A stretch of DNA of 64,000 nucleotides from Eledone cirrhosa (lineage: Eukaryota). Below the pieces are notes generated by a model. That model was not told the DNA's origin. It did no database searches and worked only from the letters and a program-made list of their open reading frames with translations. Numbering within the stretch: position 1 is the first letter of the stretch; every line of letters starts with the position of its first letter. Made by a program: the position numbers and the translations under genes. This document shows positions 42,360 to 55,414 of the stretch, piece after piece. Where the stretch lies: assembly GCA_964016885.1 (NCBI GenBank), contig OZ024741.1:54560001-54624000 (forward strand). The letters are read 5' to 3'.

Positions 42360-42390
42360 TTACTACTACTACTACTACTACTACTACTAT

Positions 42391-42425
<35 letters not shown>

Positions 42426-42426
42426 T

Positions 42427-42458
<32 letters not shown>

Positions 42459-42471
42459 TTACTACTACTAT

Positions 42472-42518
<47 letters not shown>

Positions 42519-42519
42519 T

Positions 42520-42566
<47 letters not shown>
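41741..42566. repeat. ~825-bp (ACT)n microsatellite with periodic ATT interruptions
   Basis: Direct reading of the sequence. Confidence 0.97.
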
Positions 42567-42689
42567 AAACATACATGAATCATTTGAGGGGAAAAATATA
42601 ACAAAAAATCCAAGACCATAAAAAAATCGCTTGCAATTGTCATTACTTCCGGTTTAGTTTGATCTCATCAAATATGTCAGTCCAATAAA

Positions 42690-42880
42690 TAATTGTTTCT
42701 ACTTTTGGCACAAGGCCAGCAATTACCCAGTGCATTACTGGTACTTTATTTTATCGACCCCGTAAGGATGAAAGGCAAAGTTAACCTCGGCGGGATTTGA
42801 ACTCAGAATGGCAAGGGCAGTAACTCTATGCGTCAAAGCATGGCGTTCAACCCTCTACCGATACTGCCAATTCACCGCCC
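42690..42880 (-). mobile_element. tRNA-derived SINE
   Basis: Reverse-complement copy of the 11668 family. Confidence 0.9.
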
Positions 42881-43199
42881 TCAGTCCAATAAATAATACC
42901 GTCATTTTAGTCATCTTTCACTGCTATAATCTCTATGTCTGTCTGTGCGTTCTGTCACTTTCTTTATTCGGGTTTCCTGATTCACCTTACAGGTTTCTTG
43001 CCATTATCTTCTACACTCAAACACGTTCTAGCAACTGTTTTAAGCAATCTTTTTTTTTTTTTTTTGCATACATTTGGCTTCAAACACACTCTTTAGTTTA
43101 TCCTTCTCTCATTTTCTCTCTTTCGTGCTTTCTTTCTCCCCTCTGAATTTCTCTTTTTTTCTTTTTCGCGCTCTTAAACTCTGCTTCGTAAATGTGCTA

Positions 43200-43440
43200 A
43201 ATCCATGCATACATATATCTTCTTCTATATATCCGTTACCAGTGCCACGACGAAGTTCCTCCGCCAGCTCAACCTGTACAGCAATGCTGCCTGAACTTCC
43301 CCGGCCTCCAACCCGGTGTCATTTTCAAGAGCATCCTTCAATGTGACATTTCCAGAATTTTACTCTACTAACATGGTCATTGTAAGGTTTCAAATGTCCG
43401 GCTAATGCGAGACTCCTACGCCTTATGATGTCAAAAAGAC
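43200..43440 (-). mobile_element. RTE-like LINE 3' fragment
   Basis: Minus strand encodes DIIRRRSLALAGHL. Confidence 0.5.
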
Positions 43441-43449
43441 GAGAATATT

Positions 43450-44330
43450 TTGGAACAGAATAGAAAAGATTAGGAATAAGGCAAATAAAATCAACTCATG
43501 ATATGATAGCAATAAATACCAGAGTGTAATGTTCGTCAATACAACCCCTAGAGCCGAAGTAGCTTACAGATTTAGAAGAGCCCTAGACAAGCTCGAGTTA
43601 AATATTACGCAAGTTGAAAGACCAGGTATTCCCATAAAAACACTACTTAGTAAAACGCATCCATTCCAAAGAACTCCCTACACTGATAGGAAATGCATAG
43701 TCTGAAAGCTAAGCCAGCAAACTAACTGTAAAACTAGGAACGTAGTATATAGCATATGATGTACTGAGGGACAGTGTAGGAATAAGAACAGAACATACAT
43801 AGGTGAAACAGCCCGTAGCATAGGAGAAAGGATAAGTAAACACTGGCGAGAACTTCAGGATGGAAAAAACTCATCAGTACTCCACCAACATACCAAAATA
43901 GAACATAGGTGCACACTGGAGAGCATAGAGATAAAAATTATATCCACACACAAAAAAGACGCAATGCTCCAACAAATTACAGAGGCGACAAACATAAACG
44001 AACTCCAATAGAAAACATGAGTGAAATAGCACCATCACAACTAGTAATTAAGGATAAAATGAAGAAATACAGACACACAGAAAAACCACATTACAAAAGA
44101 AATCAGATACGCACAGATAGAACAAACAACCAGCTAGTGACAAGTAAATAAACACATAAATAAATAAAAACACATACACTCACCTGGATGTAACGCGTAC
44201 GCAAACTAAGCACACAACACAGAGCACATAAAAAAACAAGATGGTGTAGAACAGAACAGAGGAGAAACACAAAATAAAAACCGAGTCACTGAGGAGGTCA
44301 CAGAATGTGTAACGAAAGAGCTTTGACAAT
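43450..44330 (+). mobile_element. Degenerate PLE GIY-YIG fragment with downstream decayed HHR (44285-44327)
   Basis: NVVYSI*C...TYIGETARS; gtca-CTGAGGA...GAAA-gagc-TT-tgac. Confidence 0.7.
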
Positions 44331-44679
44331 ATATAAACAAGCACCCGGTTATTGAACCAACCAACCGACCAACCGGAAATTTATAATAAATTGAAGTAAA
44401 ATCCAACAAGTGCATGTGTTTTTATTGGCATCATGACACTGCCAAAGTGTAAAAATATCTGTTTCAAAACACGTTTTCAGATAAAAAATCTTGCAAAACA
44501 AATTCAAAAACGAAGTATAAATATATATATCAACCGGTAAAACTTAAAACCAAAACTGAATACTAACCAATACTATTACTAATTCTCACTTATTCCTAAT
44601 TAAACTATTTCACTGTGAACAATTTGTCAGCATTTTCTATTCCATTTACCAATATATATTTATATATATTGTCTAAAAT

Positions 44680-44964
44680 CTATGGCAAACTCCCTCGAGC
44701 CTCTGCCCTTCTAAAATCCCGGAGAGCTCAATTTGCTGGCCACTGTCACCGTGCCAGCAATGAAATCATATCCGCTCTCTTGCTCTGGAACCCTGACTCC
44801 AGCCTGACTAGGAGTAGGAGGCTATCATTCCCTGACGTTATCTCTAGGGATACGGGAATCAGTAGACAGGACCTGGGGGGGCAGCGATGGGTGACAGGGA
44901 ATTCTGGGGCATGAGAGTGAGATCCATCATCTCGACAGTAGTCGACGAATGATGATGATGATGA

Positions 44965-44965
<1 letters not shown>
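44680..44965 (+). mobile_element. RTE-clade LINE 3' end with (GAT)n tail
   Basis: RRAQFAGHCHR..LLLW..DVISRDTG followed by GATGATGAT. Confidence 0.75.
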
Positions 44966-45045
<80 letters not shown>

Positions 45046-45427
45046 TTATTTCTTCTTTCTTTTTCTCTCTTCTCCCTCTCTTCCTTTCTCCTTTTATATA
45101 TTTCTTCCTTAATACTTCTATTTACTCATTTAAATATTTATGTATGTATGTATTTATTTATTTTCTTCTTGCATTTCCTCATATTCACCCCCTCCATATA
45201 CCCATATCTCGCTCCACATCCTCTTCTTCTTTAAATTTAAGTTTATTATGTTATTATTTGTGGTATATAAATGTTGAGATTTGTTGTAATAAATCACTGC
45301 CAATACTGGAATTGAACTTTCAAGACCGTTGAGGTATGTCATACATAAATTCATGTATTTTATATGACGAGGACATACTGAAAAAACAGCACAGTACCCT
45401 TTTTTTTTTAAATATATATATTTGGTT

Positions 45428-45465
45428 CCTTTACCGGTTTCGCAGTTCTTGTGCCTTTCAAAGGT
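45428..45465 (-). ncRNA. Atypical minimal hammerhead-like motif downstream of a PLE
   Basis: Minus strand: acct-TTGAAAG-gca..tgc-GAAA-ccgg-TA-aagg; relatives at 59507 and 59778. Confidence 0.5.
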
Positions 45466-45569
45466 TGAATTGAGATGGTGGGTTTGTAGTTTTTCTAGCA
45501 TCTGGTTGGTGTTCGAATGTTCCTTCTGTGTTATATGGAAAAAAGTGGCTCGAAATGCTAGGTTTTTTT

Positions 45570-46200
45570 AAAAGTAATTTGGTTGGTTGATGACTGTCAT
45601 GTGAATAAGTATAATAAATTTCGCGCCAGTTCACGTTACAAAGTTCTTATTATATTTGCCTTAAAAAAAGGGGGGTGCTCAGATTGTTTGTTCATATATG
45701 AGTGAAATTTGGTTGGTTGATGCAGTCACGTGAATAAGCACATCAGCTTTCGCGCCAGTTTGTGTTTGAATTTCTTTTTACTTTAAAAAAAGTGGCTCAC
45801 GAAGGATTTTTTTTATAAATGTAATTTGATTGGTTATAAATGAAATTATGACTGTCACATGAACAAGTACATTAACTTTCGCGCCCGTATTTTGGAATTT
45901 TTTTTTTTTATAGCCATTTAGAGAATTTTGTGCCAAACAAAAGATAATGGTCAAGAAAGAAGGGATGGAGAGAATTGTTCTGCTTCAGTGAGTATGGGTG
46001 ATGTGCTGAAATGTAATTTGATTGGTTATAAATTAAAATTATGACTGTCACGTGAACAAGTACATTAAATTTCGCGCCTGTATTTGGGAATTTCTTTTGT
46101 AGCCATTTAGAGAATGTTGTGTCAAACAAAGCATAATGGTAAAGAAAAACGGGATGGGGAGAATTGTTCTTGTTCAGTGAGTATGGCTGATGTGCTGGGG
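45570..46200 (-). promoter_or_regulatory. Four imperfect tandem modules with E2F-like, E-box and CCAAT-like motifs in a PLE 3' region
   Basis: TTTCGCGCC at 45619, 45748, 45877 and 46070, each ~22 bp after GTCAC(G)TGA-like motifs; GATTGGTT nearby. Confidence 0.45.
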
Positions 46201-46610
46201 TGTCAAAATTCAGACTTTCTATTGAAATAAAGAAAGTGGGGATATGTATGTTTATTTGTGTTGGTGTGTGTGTGTGGGGGGAGATGATTCTATTAGTAGA
46301 AATGGGAGAGGGAGTTGTGTGTGTGTGTATGGGTGTTATATGTCTGTGTGGGAGTATGGTTAGCATGTTAAGATGGAAAGAATATATATATTGTTTGTAT
46401 GTGTTTCGGAAAATGATTCCGTTAGTAGAAATGGGGAAGGGAGTTATGTGTGTGTGTGTGGAGGGGGGTATGGTTAGCATGTTGAGGTGTTAGAGTATTA
46501 ACGTATGTTAAGGCTTATTTAGCTCTGGCTTTTATTTTCGGATATAGAAGGTGTTATGTGTGTGTGTCTGATTGGATGGTTAGCATGTTATGGTGTTGAC
46601 ATAATGTATA

Positions 46611-47981
46611 TTAAACTATATTTAATGCTGGTCTATATTTTTGAATAAACATATTTTCCTTATTTATTCGTATTTGTTCTGTTGTATTGTCAGCGCAAAG
46701 ATAAGATGGGAAGACTTGGAATTTTGGTGTCTTATTACTTGCGCATATGTCTAGATGTGCACTGAGTGGTATCTGTCTTGAGGTAGTGTCTCGTAATTTT
46801 TGGCGATGAATTTTCATTCTATTTCTGAGTGTGAGTTTAGTTTGTCCTATATAATCTTCATTGCATCCTTTACATTTAATGGCATAAACTACATTTTTTG
46901 ATGAGCAAGTGAAGTAATTTTTTACAATAAAATGTTGTTCTGATTGAAATGTATAAATGTTGCCTTCAATGAGGTGTGTGCAGGTTCCACAATTAGAGCG
47001 AACACATTTTTTGACAGTTGGTTGTGGGTTTGTGGTAGGTAATATGGTATTGGTGAGTAATGTTTTTAGTGATTTCGGTTGTCTTTTGCTTTTGATTATT
47101 GTGTGTGTTTCAAGGGCTTTTTTCATTCTTGGATCTTGTTTCAATAGTGGGATGTTCTTGTGAATAATGTTGTAAGCTTCCGCATTTCTTGGGTTGTGTG
47201 TTGAGATATATGATAGAATATTGGACGTACCTTGAATTTGTTTCTGTTTTCGTAATTCATCAATGCCTATTGCTTTAGCCCTTTCTATTCCATTATTTAT
47301 TACTAATGGTGGGTACTGTCTTTCGAGCAAAATTTCCTTTAATTCTTGAAGTATTTTATTTCGCGTTTCATAATTGGAGACAATTGTGCAAATTCTTCTT
47401 GCTAGGTTAAAAGGAATGTTCGTCTTCGTGTGCTTTGGATGGTTGGAGGTGAATAGCAGGTATTGTTTGGAATCTGTTGGTTGGTAGTGTATGTCAGTTT
47501 CAATATTTGTGTCTTTTTTATGATTAAGATGTCCAGAAATGGGAGTTGATCTTGGCTGTATTCCATTGTAAATTAGATGAGGTCATTGATGCCGTTAATT
47601 AAATTTTTGAAATCATTTAGTTGGTCGAGTGTGTGAGAGCAAAGAATGAGACAATCATCCAAGTAGCGTTTCCAATTCTCTGATAAATATTTGTGGAAGT
47701 TCAATCCGTATTTTGATTTGGAGTGTTCATATATCTGGACTTCTAAGTATGCATCCCTCGGTGATGAAGCTTTTTCCTATTCTGCCAGGCATCTCATTGG
47801 GATATTTCTCTAGCCAGAATCCTATTGCTTCTAGTCCATATTGGTGTGGGATCGTTCTGTAGAGATTCACTATATCGAAAGACACCATAATAGTGTCGTT
47901 GTTGACATGTTTGGGGAGGTGGTTTAAGAGGTCCAGATCGTCTCTTACAATGCTTGATTTTCGTGCTATAAGAGGCACCAT
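46611..47981 (-). mobile_element. Penelope-like element (RT + GIY-YIG), 5'-truncated and disrupted
   Basis: SFDIVNLY, RYLDD, NVVYAIKC..YIGQTK..R..H..E..PALN. Confidence 0.92.
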
Positions 47982-48353
47982 ACGTTTTCCCTGACGTCAC
48001 ACAAAATCTATGTGTTTTGTCTTTCGTCTCTAACTCCACTGGACAGCGTTAGGCTTACAGACGCTGTGAGCCCAGATGGACCAGTAGTAGCGTTGGTAGG
48101 GGTTGAAACTGCAAAAGTCCAATGGCGATGGAGTTCTGAGTTTGTATTTTCATTTTTTTAAATAATTTCTTAAGGTTTCCACTTAAAACATTTTTTTTTC
48201 GTTTTGTTTTTTTTCCGTTCATTTTCGTGACTACCCTTTGTTAATTTTCTTAATTTTATCTACTAATGTGACGAACGTCTTTTTCTCTTCTTCCGCCATT
48301 TATTGCAATGATTTTGTGATTCTAATAATATGTGTGTGAGTTAATATATATAT

Positions 48354-48890
48354 GTAGCGAAATCTGTCCACACCTTGAACCCTGGGTGATATTTAACGGT
48401 CATTTTTTGGGTTATCTCCTTTCGAGCGTAAACAAGTCTGAGAGTGGACAACCAGGGGACATAGGAAGTAACGTATGCACATAGCCTGTCTTAGATCAAG
48501 CAGTAATCAGTTCGAAGCAGTTCTTGGTAGAGGAAACATGTAGACTATTGCTTTCTACAGACCCCTTGGCGTCTTATAGACTCTTACATTCTCTTACACA
48601 CTCTGTTTCACTCAATCTCTATCTCTTGGTCACTCTCTTTACCAAGCCAGTGAAGTTCATGAAGTTTTCATCGTAAATACAATTTAATTCCACTTTCACA
48701 AACAAACAAATAACGTACATAATTCCTGCGTATTTTTCGTATAGCTCCGGCGTGAGCTATTTTCAATAAATTAATAATATAGCGGTTTGGTATCATCGTC
48801 GTTGATTTATATATATTCATTTTCTGCGTGATCAAGGAACTATCATATCATCATCCTCTTATTGAACACTTACTAACTTACACCACAACA
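48354..48890 (+). mobile_element. Possible solo LTR
   Basis: TGT...ACA ends, internal AATAAA, ~540 bp non-coding; no clear TSD. Confidence 0.3.
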
Positions 48891-48925
48891 CAAACAGCTC
48901 ACCAACACGACCATACAAATAATCA

Positions 48926-48961
<36 letters not shown>

Positions 48962-49014
48962 GTATAACTTATACTGATACGTATATATATATGTATACAT
49001 ATATATATATATAT

Positions 49015-49545
49015 ATAAAAATTTCAAGTTATCAATAATGTAGTGATAATATATCGTCACGTTAGAGATGAACAGTGTACGTGTAGGTTTGCTCAACGAG
49101 TATAAATTAGAGAAAATGTAGAAAAGATGAATATAAAATGAAAGTGCTTTTATAAAGGAATTTATTAGGTATTGACATATGTTTCTGTAACAGACGGAAT
49201 ATCTATGTACCGCTGCTTGCGTAATCATATAATGCTACCAAGTATTCGATAGCTAATGTATAATCAGTTGTCACTTCTTCAGAGATATTGGATAAATTGG
49301 AAAATCTCAGAAAAATTGAAGTATTTATATTAGTTGTAAGAAAGAAAGAAGAGAGGGGATAGTATATGACAGATGGCAATTCAATTTGATGGTAAACAAG
49401 TATATAGAAGGTTTTTAATGAGAATACAATGAGTATATGGCTTATTTTATCTAAATAAGAATTTTTGGGAGTGCCTATTTTAATCTATATTTGACCAATT
49501 GAACAATGGACAGGGCTGGTCGTTTGGTGTAGTAGTATTAATACA
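49015..49545 (-). repeat. ~530-bp segment with an inverted copy at 58575-59120; contains an HHR-like motif (49170-49287)
   Basis: Reverse-complement near-identity; CTGAAGA...GAAA-catatg-TC. Confidence 0.85.
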
Positions 49546-49879
49546 GCTATAAAGTGTCAAGTAAGGAAGAGGGAGATTTTCCCTGCTACTGTATAACAAC
49601 AATGCTGGTAGCCTGCTGGTATATGCATTAGGGAATTGAATTAAGAAATCTCATTTTATCTATAGCAGTTTATATTAAATGGTAAAGAATAGAAGAGTTG
49701 ATAGAATTAAGACTAATAGACAATGTTAATATGTATTTTGACAATCAAACGGAGATGGAGACAGGCGTTCAATCCTGGTAGTCTTTGTAATATGAAAATG
49801 TAGATTTCAAGCGACGGTTACAGTATAACGATCGCTCTATTCTGTTATTTAATAAAATAGTTTTAGATTTCAATGAAAT

Positions 49880-52800
49880 CACCATTGTAAATATTACTAA
49901 TTTCTGCCAACGCTAAAAATATAAGCAGTAGCAATAATTTAAATTTGTCTCATGCAGACATTCATTTCCAGCCATTACCAATGACTGCAGGTGTTGAAAC
50001 CGTCACCCCCACCACAGCGACAACAGAAACAAAAGAAAAAAAATAAATTATCTTGTGACATCGATTCACCCAGAATGGACTCTTCCACACCGAATACCAC
50101 TGACGCCACCACCACCACAACTGAAACTAAAAATAACAATAACAAAAATAACGATAACAACAACAATGAGAATAAGAAAACCACCCTGTCTTTTGCCAGA
50201 GCAGCAAAATGTGCGAATCAATCCAGGTAACTCAGGAGGAATTAGATGAAGCCAAGAGAATGGTAAAGAAAGATGGGTACAGGATCCCCCCCCCCCCACA
50301 CACACACACCCCTACCTAATAAAATGGAGCATCGGCGCCTATGCACCGAGTCCCAAATCCAAAAAGCTTTGGGACATGTGTGGGCACAAAAAACATCAGA
50401 CCTGGGCAGAAATATGGAAACATGGACGTGTTCTTTAGAACACCACAGGAGGCCAGAGAACACTCCATGGTCCCATTAAGAAGTGACGACTTCACACTCG
50501 TCCCAAGCTATTGTGGCCAGAGACTCGTGAAGATCAGGGTGACCCACGTTCCACCGGCCATCGAAATGCCCTGGCTAGTGGCTGCCGTCCTCGCCGGCAT
50601 CGAGGCCAACACCAAGATAATCGAAATAGCGAACAAAAAGCAGAACTGGTCCGGATCTGGGATGGAGCTCCTGATCCAGGCGGACCAAAAAAGCATTGAG
50701 GAGATCCCAGAGGTAATAGACCTCACTGACGGCAGCCATCTCACCGTAATCATCGAGAGCAGAAGGCCTAGGTGTGTCGTTTGTGGTGAAGGAACCCACC
50801 TAAGGGCTTTCTGCCCTCAGGCTAAAAGGTTGAGGCCACCTCTCTTACCCACCCCAGTGACTCAACCATCAACACCACCAGCAACAGAAATGGTAGCAAC
50901 AACTGTAGCTGCAACAACAGAAGCAACTGTAACAGCAACAACCCCACCAACAGTAGTAAAACCAACACCACCACTACCCAACGCGTCAGAACTAGCACCA
51001 GCGCCTACACCATCCACCACGCCACAACCAAAACCAACGCCTGTGGAGGATTTTCCACTCCCCGACCTATCGCAACTGGAGACAGATTGTGACGACGAGG
51101 AGTGGAAAACGGTATCAGGAAAAAAGAAAAAAGGAAAAAGAAGCCAAAAAAGAAAAATTCCTCTTCCTTTCCCCCCAAAAAACAAAATACAGAGGGAAAC
51201 AAATAAACTATCAAACAAAAAAGTTAGGACAGCTATGCCACCATCCACACCAGCATCACCAACCCCATCACCACAAACACCAACACCATCACCATCATTA
51301 ACCCCAACACCACCATCACCAACACTACAAAAGTCACCAAAAAGCGTAACAGAAACAAACCCACAACAAACGCAAACAAAACAAAACAACCAAAACGATA
51401 CACACTACACAGCATTAAATTTGAACAGCAACCAATTATTACACTACATCCAACACAACACCAGCATCACAGAAAAAGACTACACAACAACCCAAAAGTT
51501 CACACCACCTCCACACATGCAGATCACTCGCATCACACAGAAAACGTACACGACACTAAAACAAAATTTCTCCAAAGACATCGGAGATTTCCGACAAGTA
51601 CTCTCCAGGAGGATTTATAAGGACATCCTTCCGGAGGAGGCCACAAGCAGTGAAAAGGATGGAGAAACCATCCTTGCTCTACGAGAAGTAAGGTAAGTGG
51701 TCTTTCCCATCTTTTCCACTCCTTTTCAACTCAGAATAGGCAGCATAAATGCGCGTGGCATGGGGTCGTCATGGAAGCAGGGCCATCTGCTCAACGACCT
51801 CAGGTCACTAAACATAGATGTAGTGGCCATCAGCGAGACCAGAATCTCCAAAGTACGGGCCTTCGCACCGATCTTCGGCGGCTACAATGTGTACGCATCT
51901 CCAAGCCGTCCTGGATCGGGGGAGGAGTTGCTGTGCTTTTTCGGAGAGGTTTGGATCTCGCCATACGGGCCATCTTCCTGGACCCAGAACGTAAGTTGGT
52001 GGTGCTGGACGTGTCCAGCGGAGACGGGCAAGCTTTCAGGTTAGTGGCCGTCTATGCCCCGACAGGAGCAGGGCGGCCTGATTTCTTCTGGCGTCTGGAG
52101 ACCTTTCTTGGAACGTCCCGCTCTTTAGTGTTAGTGGGCGACTGGAACGGGATCTTAGAAGCACGCAGGGACTGTGTGGGATTAGCTGATAGGGGAAGAG
52201 GGTGCAAGAGCCTCACAAACCTGCTCAGACGTGTTGAACTATCTGACAGGTACCGATTGGATTTCCCGATGTGGCAATGTGGACTTGGACAAATCGCATA
52301 GGGTCATCCAGATCATATCTAGATAGAGTATTTTGTAGGGAAATAGATAGGTCTAGCATAGGCTGTCCACAATTCAAGATAGTCAGCTACACAGACGACA
52401 AATTCGTGATCTGTGTGCTTGACTTAGATAGGCTTCATAGACGAGGACCCGGCTACTGGAAGCTAAACGCGTCCTTACCAGCGCGCAAGGCCCGCAGAGA
52501 CCAGATTAGCGAACTAGTTAAGAGGGCGTTGACTGGGGCAATTGTGAACAACAAGTGGTGATTTGCTCTGTAAAGAGCGATTAGAATAGAGTCCATTAGG
52601 TTTAGTAAGGCTTTAGCAATAGAGAAAAATAGAGCAGAGGGAGAACTAGCGAGAAAATTAGACGAGGCGCTTAGCGAAGGTATCGCGATCGACGTACTTG
52701 CTGCGAAATTGGCCCTTGACCAATTCTTCAATGCAAAGCACGAAGGCTGCGTTGTCAGAGCTAGGGTGCGTGCTCTCAGACACGAGGGGATGAAAGCCGT

Positions 52801-55364
52801 TCAATGGGCCCGAGTGGCGGAGGCGCGTCGTGGCAACAAAGTCACAATCCGGTCTTTGGTGGACCACGACGGGTGCATGCTACTCGATCCCGGGCAAATG
52901 TGTGAAGCTTTTCAGCGACACTTCGCACAGCTGTTCGTGGCCAGCGGCGGGCCAGATCGAGGGATGGACTTTAGTGTCTACCTCGACGAACTTCCGCGGC
53001 TCTCGGCCACTGAGGCGAAGAGTTGCGAAAAGCCGATAATAGCCGCTGAAATACGGGAGGCAATGATTGGCTGCACAAGGGGTAAATCGCCTGGTTTGGA
53101 TGGTCTGCCCTATGAACTTTACGTACAGATGCCAGACTTGTTCGGAGGCCTCTTGGCGGACGTCTACTGCAACTGGAAACAGAACGGAAGAATTCCCAGC
53201 TCTGTGAGCCGAGGAGCTGAGAAAGGATCCGAACAAGGGGGATAACATAGATAATTTCAGGCCCATAACTCTACTAAACACAGAGTTCAAGATTTTGGCC
53301 AAGTTGCTAGCAAAGAGGTTGGCGCTTGTCGTTGGTGGTCTGGTGGGAGAGGCGCAGACATGCGCCATTCCCGACAGATCCATCCACGACAACCTCCACC
53401 TCATGCGATACATCGTAGAGAGGGTTGCTAGGGAACCTGGCACGGGTGGGTCCTTGATCAATTTAGATCAGTCGTAAGCTTTCGATAGGGTCGACCATCG
53501 TTACCTAGCTGCAGTCCTGAGGGCGGCTGGCTTTGGGCCCGTCTTCAGAGGCTGGATCGCTGCCATGCACAGCGACATCTGCTCTGTGGTGAGAGTGAAC
53601 GGTCACCTTTCGGAACCGTTCAACATCATGAGCTCGGTCCGCCAAGGATGTCCCATCTCGTCCCTCTTGTACGTATTGACTCTCGAGCCATTACTGTACA
53701 AACTGGAGACGTTGAGGGGGATCCAGCGCGATCTAGGATGCGGAAGTTCCGTGTCAGCATATGCGGACGATGTCACCGTAGTGGTATCGAACGCCAAACA
53801 CATCGAGGCGATCGGCACTACACTAATAGAATACGAAGCGGTGACAGGAGCAATTATCAACCAGGAAAATTCAGTGGGCCTGCAGCTCGGCACGAGAGGA
53901 AGGTCCATGCCGTCCAACAGCGTTGTCGGGCGCTGGACGGACGGACCGGTTAAATTGCTAGGGGTCTGGTTCGGTCCGGACCTCGAGACGGACAAAAACT
54001 GGGACGAGGTGACGAGCAGCGTGGCTTCACTCACCCAGAAATGGGCGGAGAGGAAGCTATCCCTGAAAGGTCGAGCGGAGGTGGCTAACGCGTACATCGC
54101 GTCCGTCATCTACTACCGCCTGACCGTCGTACCTTGCACTAAGCCACGCCTGACTGCGCTGGAGCGTTTGCTCTTACGCTTTTTGTGGAACGGACGCGCT
54201 CCGATGGTCAGGAGGTCCATCTGCTGTCAACACCCGCTACGTGGAGGGCTGGGCATGCCGTGGCTGATGATGCGCAGACACGCGTTCAGGCTACGACATC
54301 TCCACCTCTTCCTCGCCGGTGATCAGGTGTGGTCGCCGTTTGCTAGACGCGTCTTTCCCCAGCTCGTCTCTTGACGGAGCTGCAGTCCTGGGTCAAGCGA
54401 AGACCGAGAGGGAGCGCCTGGAGACTGGAATGTCTTTAGGCGTTCACAGCCCTCGACCAATCGGGAAATGTGATCGGTGGAAACTCCACCATGGCGTTCT
54501 ATAGAGGATTAGTGGAGGGGAAGAGCGACGACGCACTTGGAGAAACTCTAGGCGTCGACGAAAATCAACTAGCCAATCTCTTCGGAAGAACTTTCGGGAC
54601 GGGGCCTATTGACAACTTCCAGAAATCCCGTTCCTGGCAGTGCTACCGAGGAGCTTTGCCAGTTCGGGATAAACTCTACAGGCATGGAGGTGCCGTCAGC
54701 CGGGCATGTCCGAGATGCGTAAAGGGCGACGAAACCGTCCTGCACGCACTCGTCCAGTGTCCGAGCATTGCTGACTTGCGGATTTATGTCGAACACTTGC
54801 TGTCACGTGTAGGACGGATCCAGCTATCAGCTGAGTCCATCGTGAGGATTGCCCCGCCCTCTTCCTTTAGCCGGGAATGGCCGGCAGTTTTTATCTCTCT
54901 GGTGGCCATGGCGAAAGTGATAGTATGGTGGACACGTTTGAAAGGGCTGAAGACGAGCACTTACCTCTTCGGTGATGCCCTGATTAACTTTTTCAAATTT
55001 CATTTGAAAAGGAAAATCAGGGTAGAGAGAGAAGTGCTCTCTTCCCAGCATTTTGTTGAAAGATCGGTGAGAGAAGCAAGTATAGCCCGAGTGAATACTC
55101 TGAGTATGTGTCTGTAAATTAAAGGTGGAAAACTGGGAGAGGGCACTTGCCCTGGTGGTCAGGGTCACTGTGGCTTTTTAATGGGCTTTCTCCACGAATG
55201 TCCCTCGGAGATCTCCACCCTATTGGGGAATTTTTTCATTGTTCTATTATTACATACTGTTTCTTCTTTTTTACACGCAGAAATGCCCATTTGTACCGTC
55301 CTGTATTGTCCTGTACTGTCCTTAATGTCTACTTTATGTAAACCCTTGTGGTTAATAAAGAAAA

Positions 55365-55365
<1 letters not shown>
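49880..55365 (+). mobile_element. Tx1-clade LINE, same family as 27246-33083, slightly 5'-truncated and disrupted
   Basis: ORF1 and APE-RT-CCHC motifs (YADD); the 3' end runs into (TTA)n. Confidence 0.95.
50341..51696 (+). pseudogene. Tx1 ORF1 (Zn knuckle, Pro/Thr-rich linker, basic NLS-like patch); open C-terminal 3/4
   Basis: 451-aa open frame with CVVCGEGTHLRAFC; N-terminus frameshifted. Confidence 0.85.

Positions 55366-55412
<47 letters not shown>

Positions 55413-55414
<2 letters not shown>

Noticed and set aside
41609-42643. 330-aa poly-Thr mucin-like ORF
   Set aside because: Pure (ACT)n microsatellite, with no signal peptide or exon context.
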